Part shown: positions 54,746-64,000 of the stretch, piece after piece
Layout: every line of letters begins with the position of its first letter
How positions within the stretch are numbered: the stretch's first letter is position 1
NCBI RefSeq assembly: GCF_018977255.1
Contig: NW_024704743.1
Coordinates: forward strand, 49,664,001-49,728,000
Length of the DNA: 64,000 bases
From: Callorhinchus milii
Lineage: Eukaryota
Reading direction: 5' to 3'
Made by a program: the position numbers and the translations under genes
Notes under the pieces: generated by a model
Database searches by the model: none
What the model was told of the DNA's origin: nothing
The model's input: the letters and a program-made list of their open reading frames with translations, nothing else

Positions 54746-55278
54746 CTCAGTGCAGTATTGGAGGAATGCTGCATTGTTGGTTTTGCTTTCCTTCAGATGA
54801 GACTTTAAATCAAAGATCATCAATAACTTGCTTTACAGAACCCCCCCTTCAAGCAGGATAGCATTTCAGTGCATGTACAGTGGTGGGGCTGAAAAACTAA
54901 ATAGGGAGAGGCTTGATGACCTACTTCAGGAGGTCTTCAGATAGGATTTAAGGATAAAAAAGAGAAAGAGGGGCAGAGGGATTAAGGTAGGGCACTCTAG
55001 TGGTTAGGGAGGTATTATAGATCATTTGAGGAGAAATGGCAATCATTAGGTTCTTTTTATGGACATGATATCCAACAAAATAACTTTACAATTCCCAAAC
55101 TGAATCTAATTTGGTTGTATCCATGACTTGTAATGTTTCATTCACTCCAAGCTGTCACACAATCAGGGTCATTCATGAATCCCATGATTATATTAGTCTG
55201 CCGTTACGAAGTTCCCATTCTGGCTCCACCCTTTGAAGAATGTCAATATGTACTACTGTAGTTGATAACTCAGTTGTG

Positions 55279-55470
55279 TCCTCCTTCAAGGCCGGTCTCA
55301 AGACCTTTCTCTTTGACCGTGCCTTCAGCTCTCCTCTCGACTCTCTACCCCCTCCTCGCTCCCTCCCTTCCCTCCCCTCACCATTTCCCCCTGCTCGGGT
55401 CCTGACCCAACTGTCCAGCGCCTGACTTGAAAGGCGCTCTATAAATGAAATCTTGTTGTTGTTGTTGTTG
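55279..55470 (+). mobile_element. Young L2 3' fragment, immediately followed by a long-subfamily SINE fragment (55481-55746)
   Basis: Reverse complement of the 2114-2328 family with a deletion in the hairpin; (GTT)n tail. Confidence 0.85.
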
Positions 55471-56033
55471 TGTCATCACATTCGCCTCTGTTTACCTAGC
55501 AATAAGTAGGAACCTGGCTGTTAGTCGATTGGTGATAGCTTTTCTGGGGGCAATAATTCCTTCAAAATAAAAATAGTTTGTCCACTCAATCCACGACTGT
55601 TTGTGGGACACTGCTGTGCACAATTGGCTGCTGTGTTTCGTCCACGAAATACACAGAGTCAATTCACTTTACAGTATATTCTGTGAAGCACTTTGCGTTG
55701 TCCAGAATCGTGATGAGGCGCTATATCAAATGCAAGGATTATTATTAAAATACACATTAAAAACCCTGTGAAGCACTTTGGGACTTCACAGGACAACATC
55801 AATCAAATGTATGGATTATTATTTATCAGACAAGCATCTGAAATACTTCATAGGTCTCTACAGCAATGGTGGTGACAATTATAACAATTAAAGTATTGGA
55901 GGGAGGACGGGTCTGCTGTCTGATTTTCATGTGGACTTGCATGATAGAACCAGCTGCTATCACCGGATTCTACAACTGTAATATTTAGTCTTCCTCTACT
56001 AGTGGAATTTAAAGCTAAATAACCAGTTGGTCT

Positions 56034-56337
56034 GTTAGAGCACTCGCTTTGCAAGCGAGAGACCTGGGTTCAATTCCAGGCAGGGCGAAACCTTGGGCAA
56101 ATTTTCTTACTCCACACGCCTAATAATAATCCCTCCAAACCAAAAACAATAATAAATTGGTCATTTTCAATCCACGACTGTTTGTGGGACATTGCTGTGC
56201 GCAATTGGCTACTGCGTTCGCCCACAAATATACAGTCAATTCACTTTACAGTGTGTTCTGTGAAGCGCTTTGGGATGTCCTCCCGACGTGAAAAGCGCTA
56301 TATCAAATGCAAGGATTATTATTATTATTATTATTAT
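56034..56337 (+). mobile_element. Young tRNA-derived SINE (short subfamily), slightly 5'-truncated
   Basis: Near-identical to the other young copies. Confidence 0.9.
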
Positions 56338-56636
56338 GTTCTGCATTTTCAATATGCCCCAAAACAAACTTGAGTGAAATCATGGCTTAATGCTTCTTTA
56401 GATCACAATTGTTTACAAGATTTCACCTATGCTACCAAGGTGCCATTCAAGTGCTCTCCCATTCCCTTTGTGCGGATGCACAAACACACACACGCACAGT
56501 GCATTACAGCCTGTAGAAATTGCAATACAGTACGGTTAATGACCAATCTTATTAATAAATGTAATTTACATCTCAACTGAAATTCATCATGGGAAAGGAT
56601 TTCTACAAACTGAAACGTGATAAGTCTCTGTGATTA

Positions 56637-56999
56637 AATAATAATAATACTTGCATTTCATCACGTTTCGAGATGTCTCGAAGTTCTTCACAGAATATCC
56701 TGTAAATTGAAATAACTGTATATTTTGTGGGTGAAATGCGACAGCCAATTGTTCACAACAGTGTCCCACTAACAGTCATGAATTGAGTGACCAAATTATT
56801 ATTACGTTTTTTTGTTGAAGGGATTATTATCCCTGGAAAGCAATCCACCAATCACCTAACAACCAGGTTCCCATTTACTGCAAGGTAAACAGAGGTGTGT
56901 GAAGTAAGGAAACTTGCCTAATGTTTTGCCCTGCCCAGGAATTAAACCCAGGTCCTCTCGCTTGCAAGGCGAGTGCTCTAACCAATACACTACAGGACT
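56637..56999 (-). mobile_element. Full-length tRNA-derived SINE, long subfamily
   Basis: Head AGTCCTGTAGTGTATTGGTTAG, extra internal segment, core, tail. Confidence 0.85.
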
Positions 57000-57489
57000 T
57001 CACACTTGAACTTCAATAAATGCACTTTATTAACTCAAAGTGTTGTCATCACTGTATTTGACAATGCATTAACTGCTTGGAATCTCTAATGTGGAGCAGA
57101 AAAAGGGTGGACCACTGCCATAGAGCTTGATTTGTCCTTGTACACATAGCGAAGTAATAATAATAATGATGATATACTACAATAAGGTAGCTTACAAGGT
57201 AAGCTGAGAAACAATATGTTTTCACTATGCAAGTCATGTTCCTGCGAACATACACCTATCTCTGCATGGATGAACTTGTGTTAAATTGTTCATAAAAACA
57301 AGCTCTGACACATCTAAACGATTAATTTGAAAGTGCATTACTGAATCTAATAACTCCATCTGAAAGACTGTTATACATTCTAAAATGTTGGATTTTTTTG
57401 TGAAGTATTAAACAAAGATTATTCTGAAAGAATATGGGATGCAAATGTTGAATTCTTGAAACACAATCCATTTCTTAATTTTGTAATTA

Positions 57490-57730
57490 AACCGGGTGCC
57501 TGGCACATGTGAAAACCCACCACCATGCTTGAGAGTATCCAACCAAACAGAGTCCAAGTATACCACCTATACATGGAAATTCCAGAGATATTCATTAGAG
57601 TGGAATGCACACTCTCTCCCTGGAGGGACCTATCCTGCTTACCTTATTCCGGAGAGTATTAGGAGCAGGTTGGCAAAAGCCAAGGCTTGGGGGTCCCAGA
57701 CTGTGCTGTGGGATATGGGGTACTGCTGAG
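57490..57730. repeat. Unclassified ~240-bp dispersed repeat; other copies ~12190-12335, 19790-19995, 32045-32430 (split), 37105-37335
   Basis: Shared blocks 'ctccagggagagagtg.acattcca', 'tctggaatttccatgt', 'gatactcttaagcatggt.atgggtt', 'atgtgtcag.cac'. Confidence 0.7.
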
Positions 57731-58104
57731 CCATTGAGAGCACTGCCTTTACAAAACAGCTTGTGATGTGCCAGTCACCTTGATGTTCTCTTCTTAATCA
57801 TACTATGAATAATTAATGGACATATTTGACAATACCACAAGTTTCACGCCATTGCTTAATAGAAAAAACTCTCAGCGACTTTGACCTCGATCTATCCAGC
57901 AACATAATACTTCAACCATGTACTGAATCTCTTTCACTAAGCTGAAGGATCTGAGTTCAGTCTGAAACGTTTGGTTGTGGGGGTACTTATTCTCCTATGT
58001 TTTCTGGGCTCAAGGTGTCAAAATATAAACTTTGAAGTTTTGCTATTTCCCTTTACGCTTTTTATATTTTGTTAGGATGCACCAGACTGTCAACCTTTGC
58101 AACT

Positions 58105-58392
58105 CTTTGCAAGCGAGAGACCTGGGTTTGATTCCCAGCAGGGTGAAACTTGGGCAAGTTTTCTTACTCCACACGCCTGATAATAATCCCTCAAGAAAAT
58201 AAAACAATAATAAATTTGTCATTTCAATCCACAACTGTTTGTGGGACACTGCTGTTCGCAATTGGCTGCCGCGTTCGCCCACAAATATACGGTCAATTCA
58301 CTTTAGAGTCTATTCTGTGAAGCGCTTTGAGATGTCTAGAAGACGTGAAAAGCGCTATATCAAATGCAAGGATTATTATTATTATTATTATT
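58105..58392 (+). mobile_element. tRNA-derived SINE (short subfamily, TAGAA loop), 5'-truncated
   Basis: Matches the other copies from the anticodon loop onward. Confidence 0.88.
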
Positions 58393-59079
58393 AACGGCAG
58401 TCTGTGCTTTGTCAGTATTTTGCAATAAAAACCTTCACAGCCAGAAAACCATTAAAAGCAGATGTATTCATGCAGGAAAGTTAAATGGCTCACTGAAACA
58501 ATAGATCATTAGACTTGAGCTGGGAAGAATGCTGACCAAGCTATAAAATATATTACCAGCACCTTTCACATGAGGAGGACATCACAAAGCGCATGCCACT
58601 GCTGACAGGTTAAAGCTCCACATAAAGAGCATCAAAAGATTGCAAACAAGACTAACTGAAGGCTGTTACATGATAATGTTTTACGAGGACTGGATGACAC
58701 AGCAAATAAAAGATTGTTTTTTATTTCTATCCTCAAGTTGAATTGAATTGAAGCTTATGGGATGAAAAACATACTCTAACTAAACGACCCGCATGCATTT
58801 GAGCCGTTTGAATTAAATTCCTAGTCCAAGGATGGCTGATGTGTGAGATGGAAAACGTCACACTGGAACATTAAAGAATGTTCTTTTAATATTGGAAAAT
58901 AAAAATGTCAAAGGAAGGAATGCCGTAAGTTATACGTTCATAAATTGAGGGCATTTTAAGAACAGCCACTGGGAAGTATTTCTTTAGACAGAAGGAAATC
59001 CAAAGTCGTAGTGGGTTGCCAGGAAGGGTGGTTGAGAACAGCTTGATGCTATAATGGAAAGCTTTTGTAAGAATGAGAT

Positions 59080-59730
59080 TAAATGGGTTTCTCCCAGTGT
59101 CCTAGCCAACAAATCCCCCAAATAAAATTGGTCACTCACTCCATGGCTGTTTATGGGACATTATTGTGTAGAAACTGGCTGCCGCATTTTGCCCCAAAAA
59201 AACGCAGTCACTCCACTTTATAGTATATCCTGTAAAGCACTTTGACATGCCTCAATGATGCTATGTCAAATGCGAGGAATATTATTATTATTAAAAGGGG
59301 TCAAAGCCCCACATCAGGATTTTGAACTCATTGTCTAGACTGAACTCGACACAGCCCCAAGGGAGCATTAAATTGTTGGACTTGCCGTCCTTTGGATGAA
59401 ACATTAAACCGAGGTGTCTGCCTGTGCTGCTTTGGTGGACATTAAACATCCCTTGGGATGGCTTCAAAAGGGAAGGGAGATTCTGCAGGTGTTCTGGCCA
59501 ACAATCTTTCAGATAAAAAAATTAGTCATTCACCCCATGGCTGTTTGGGGGGAATTGCTGTGTGCAAATCCACTGTTGCATTCGCCTACAAAATATACAG
59601 TCACGACACAGTAAATCCGGTAAAGTGTGATTCAAAAAGTAAACCCAGATCCATACTTTAACCTGGCACAATGTCATTGAGAAATTGCAATCACATAATA
59701 AGGCAAGATATCAAATGCAAAGATTATATC
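59080..59730 (+). mobile_element. Two adjacent old DeuSINE-type SINE fragments
   Basis: Two cores ('catggctgttt.tggga..tt..tgtg') each followed by a tail remnant. Confidence 0.65.
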
Positions 59731-62700
59731 TTATATAAGTATTAATCCACAGAATGAACAGAACACTATTTGCTACATTAGTACCCAGATTGAAAATTAA
59801 CCGGTTTAATTTTCTCGCTGATCTCACCCAATTGATTTCCTTTCACAGCTCTGCATTTCCTTCTGCAGCAACTCCAACAAGTTTGTTATATCACAGTCTT
59901 TCCATTATGTGATGGGACATAAATAGATCCCTGTTGTCCTATTTTAATTTAGCTGGTCAGTGGTTGAGTCATGAGTCTCTTGTGATAACAAACTTGATCC
60001 ATGAAAGACAAAGAAACTGGAACTTGTCAGCTCAACTTGCAGATCTATTGATTGGTGAATACCCAGACTTGAAAGTAGTTTCAATTGAAAGTGATTTAAT
60101 TGAAAGTGGCTTCCAGATAATATAAAGCTGATGCTAAAATAAGGTGAGAGATAACAAATTTAGCAAGCAAATAGACATCCTGAGTTTTGTAACAGTTGCT
60201 GGAGATTATAGTTTGTCTATCCTGTGAAAACACACAAACTGTCAATTCACTGGTGGTCTGATATACTGAAAAAGCAGAAAAGATGTGGCTTCTTTCTGTA
60301 ATGGTTCAGGTTTATTTTATTTTTCTGAATTCAGATTTGAAAAAAATGGATGAAATCTGCTCAAGAACATTTAGCCTTTTTTGGATTCAATATTAACAAA
60401 AATACAACTATCAGAATTAAAATGTGATTATTTTGAGAATCATGCTGAGTTTTACAGAATCTGTTAATTCAGGGGTTCCTAAACTTTCTGGGCTCAAGGC
60501 CCCCATGACGTAAGACATCTAGACTGCGGACATACACAATAAATCATAGAAAATTGAGTGCCTTACTTTTATTTTATTATGCTTTGTACACTTCTCTTCC
60601 TGTTTGACCATGTATATCTAATTCATATTCAAGTATGACTAAATTGCCTACTTCTTTCAAACAAGCAATCTGTGTTCCATACATTTGTAAGCATTCGCCC
60701 ACAAAACAGTCAATGATCACACAAAACGCACACTTTACAATAGCCTTCAAGTGCTTTGAGCTGTCCTCCTGATATAAAAAGTCCTATATCCAATATAAGA
60801 TTCTTCTTATTATATTTTGGCACAAATGATTGGTGAAGTGTGGAACAAAATTATTGAAAACATAAAAGTAAAATTAATAACACAATATTTGGGAAAAGAG
60901 TGGAAAGTGCAATTAATACAAAGGCGACTTAAAAACTCGGAGATAACAATGACACAGAGGCAGATGAGGCGGAATGATCTCCTTCCCTGATGAAAATCCT
61001 TATATTTTTATGCTACCAACATTTCCAATAGGGAACAGAGATACTGTGATACTGCAAACACTGCATAGAAAAAATGTTAAATTGTTATTCAAAATTGTAT
61101 TCAAATAGTACATAAGGTTTTACTGAAAGTACCACCGATTGGTATAATTAATAAAAAGTGCAAGGAATGTCAAATTTATCTGGTCCTAAATAAACTATGA
61201 GAGTTCTTGAGAGTTCAACAAAAAAATCCCTCTCTTCTATCTCTAGTGTCTTCAATTCCTTTCCATGTCATATTTTCATTTGATATATGAATTCTTCAAC
61301 ATATTGTCTGATCACCTTCTTGGGTGGAAGTAGAAGGGCACTAATTAAATGTAAGTTGCTGTTGTTGTTGAAACTGCTTTAAGATCTCGTGTTTGATCAA
61401 AATATGTAGCATCTGATTCCTCTAGTCAGTTTTTTTATTTGAATAAGCCTTCTTTGTAAAGTTTTTTGCATAAGATTTTAAGTAAGAAGTCCCAGATTGA
61501 AGGCAGAGTTCATAAAAGGAATTGTCGCATTCAACAGGTTGCACATATGTGTGGAGCATCTGAAATAGAAATACCAGTTTCTTAACTTGATATTGAATAG
61601 AAATTATAATTCTTGATGTGTGGTAGGAAGCAAATGAACCAAAGCTAATAGGTTTTTAGCTAACAACTCACTCAGATCCCTGCACTGTAGGAGTTTAGGG
61701 CACTGATGCATTTCACTGACTCTATGCCCTGTTGGTCCTATGCTCCAGATAAAATAAGTGATTGCTTATGTTAGTACTAGATTGCAACCAGTGATAACAT
61801 CCCCTCCTTCAAGATTTACACAAATCACTGTGATGTTACTAGGAACGTATCTGATTTTATATTTTACAATGTTCCTACCTGCATCAATAAAAAGGTTGTG
61901 TTTGTGAAAAAATTGTCAATCAAGCAATAGATCATTATTAAAATTCTGCTTCACTTACACATTTGTCAGAACAGTTTCTCTACCGAGTGACAGTTTGTGT
62001 GACATTGAGTCTGAAATGGAAATTAATTGCGTGTGGCATGAACAAAGTTAGAGACTGTAGGTAGGGACTAAAATACCGATAATAACAAACTGGTGAATTA
62101 ATGTTCTTGCTAGACAGTGTCAACGTTTTCAACCTGATTTAACTGGGTTTGAACAAAATAATTTCAGATCTAGTCAGATGCTTCTGAATTTGTGCCGTCC
62201 ACCATATCTACTCCAAGTTGGACAACATAAAAATGAACAACTTCAACCATCCTGAGCACAGGTGCAGTTTTCTCCTGAAAGGTTGTATTGGTGAATGACT
62301 TACAATATGAAAATAACTCCAAATCTGAGTCAGGGATTCAGATTTCCATTCTTCTCCTATGCTCAGATATCTGCCCATATGACTTTTGCTGAGTCTGTCT
62401 CTGGAAGGCCGACATCAGTCATCTTATGCCCGCTGATATTCCCTCTCTGAATTGCAGCTATAAACAAGCCTTGCTAGCTATTATAAATATTATAGGTGTG
62501 TTTATAGGAGTACCCATAGAAATGCCATTAGGAGTTTGTATATAAATGGCAATAGGAGTGCAAGTGGATCACACAATCACGTTGTCAGATGTTTTTCTAC
62601 AATTTGCCAGTAACAAAAAATACAATGATAAAAATTGTATAAAATGTTATCCTACTAAATATCTGATTTCCCCAGAACACAACCTTGTGTTTGACTCTTT

Positions 62701-63357
62701 TCACTGGTCTTTTGTAACAGGATCAATTATTTTAATACCAATAGAAAACAGGCAAAACAGAATTTAGGTGAATCAAATTAATTCAATCTGCCAAGGATTG
62801 TGTATTTGTAGAAATAAAAGGAAAACTGTAAACGTTCTGAATCCAAAACAAAAACAGAAAATTGTAAGAGTGTAAACTAGTTCAATTAACATCTGAATGA
62901 GGTTAGTTAGGTCATCAGATCAGTATAGGTAACAGTGAGTACAACAGCAATAAGATAATCTAGATATGAGGTAAGAACACATAAAAAGACAATTCAATTT
63001 ACATTTTTTTTTAAAAATCTACCAGGTGCTGGAAAAGCACAGCAAGTAAAATAGCATCTGAGAGATAAGATAGGCCAGGCTTATGGTGCTGTTTTGATTA
63101 ATTCCTTTGAAATGAAGTAGGATAACCATAATTCATAGAATAAATAATAATAATTGCATTTGGTATAGCGCGTTTCACATCAGGAACACGTCTCAAAAGC
63201 GTTTCACAGGATTTACTGCAAAGTATAGTGACTGTGTATTTTGAAGAGAAACAATGAAGGGAGAAGAGAGATACAGATGATGAAATACTTAATGGAATAT
63301 AAGTTAATGATTACTGTGTTCTTGAGATAATGAAAATGTCTCTGGATAGTAAGTAAG

Positions 63358-63680
63358 TAATAATAATAATAATAATAATCCTTGCATTTGATATAGCGCT
63401 TTTCACGTCGGGAGGACGTCCCAAAGCGCTTCACAGAACACACTGTAAAGTGAATTGACTGTATATATTTGTGGGCGAACGCGGCAGCCAATTGCGCACA
63501 GCAATGTCCCACAAACAGTCGTAGATTGAAAATGACCAATTTATTATTGTTTTTGGTTTTGGAGGGATTATTATTAGGCGTGTGGAGTACGGAAACTTGC
63601 CCAAGGTTTTGCCCTGCCTGGATTGAACTCAGGTCTCTCACTTGCAAAGCGAGTGCTCTAACCACTGAGCTACAGGACTC
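63358..63680 (-). mobile_element. Full-length young tRNA-derived SINE (short subfamily)
   Basis: Complete head to (TTA)n tail; intact hairpin with CTCCC loop. Confidence 0.92.
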
Positions 63681-64000
63681 CGAAATAAGACAGATTCTGC
63701 AATAGGAGAGATTGCATTTGCACTCAGCCGAGCCCTAGACTTTTAGTTCAAAGTCCTGATGTGGGGCTTGAACGTATAACCTCTGACTCAGACACAAGAC
63801 TACAACCAACTGAGCCAGATTGACATCTAATGATGATCAATATAAATAGAGCTGTTGAGTATATCTGATAGTGCTAAAGTGATGTAACGAAACAGAGTAA
63901 TTCCTAGACTGATTTATATATTTAATAATATAATTCATGATTAATTACATAATTATAATGTCAAGCCTGACAGCTCTGTAATGTAATATATTTTTAGTGT

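Noticed and set aside
57940..57975. Second hammerhead-like motif (CTGAAGGA...GAAACGTT)
   Set aside because: Core deviates from CUGANGA and stem II/stem I pairing is poor; at most a decayed remnant.
63213..63665. Recurrent ORFs ending [12 protein letters not shown] (also 24035, 38071, 38836, 56182)
   Set aside because: Translations of SINE tails and (TTA)n microsatellites, not a protein family.
53526..64000. First coding exon and promoter of the RSPRY1-like gene
   Set aside because: By eye I found no segment encoding a ...VLDTLAVIRTLVDN-like peptide with a phase-2 donor and no CpG island; it probably lies beyond the window.

Overview
Eukaryotic (vertebrate) genomic DNA. The repeat content (tRNA-derived DeuSINE-type SINEs, L2 and CR1 LINEs, Penelope-type inverted repeat) suggests a cartilaginous fish, possibly a chimaera; that assignment is inference. 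Two convergent intron-containing genes can be reconstructed with canonical GT-AG sites and consistent phases. (1) The last 9 coding exons of an outer-arm axonemal dynein heavy chain, DNAH5 (+ strand, 516..16503, 614 aa, ending ...[15 protein letters not shown]). (2) Thirteen coding exons of an RSPRY1-like RING/SPRY gene (- strand, 53525..23694, 458 aa); its first coding exon was not found in the window. The rest is intronic or intergenic and dense in retroposons. Most interesting observations: the RSPRY1-like gene looks like a divergent paralogue in an unexpected neighbourhood; a Penelope-type fold-back carries a minimal hammerhead-ribozyme core in an intron; SINE and L2 share a 3' hairpin with a compensatory base-pair change; a SINE is inserted almost on a splice acceptor; an unclassified ~240-bp repeat occurs five times; and there are several locally templated insertions and a perfect 27-bp palindrome. 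No prokaryotic-type system or CRISPR array is present. Repeat boundaries are approximate and repeat family names come from recalled motifs, not a database search.
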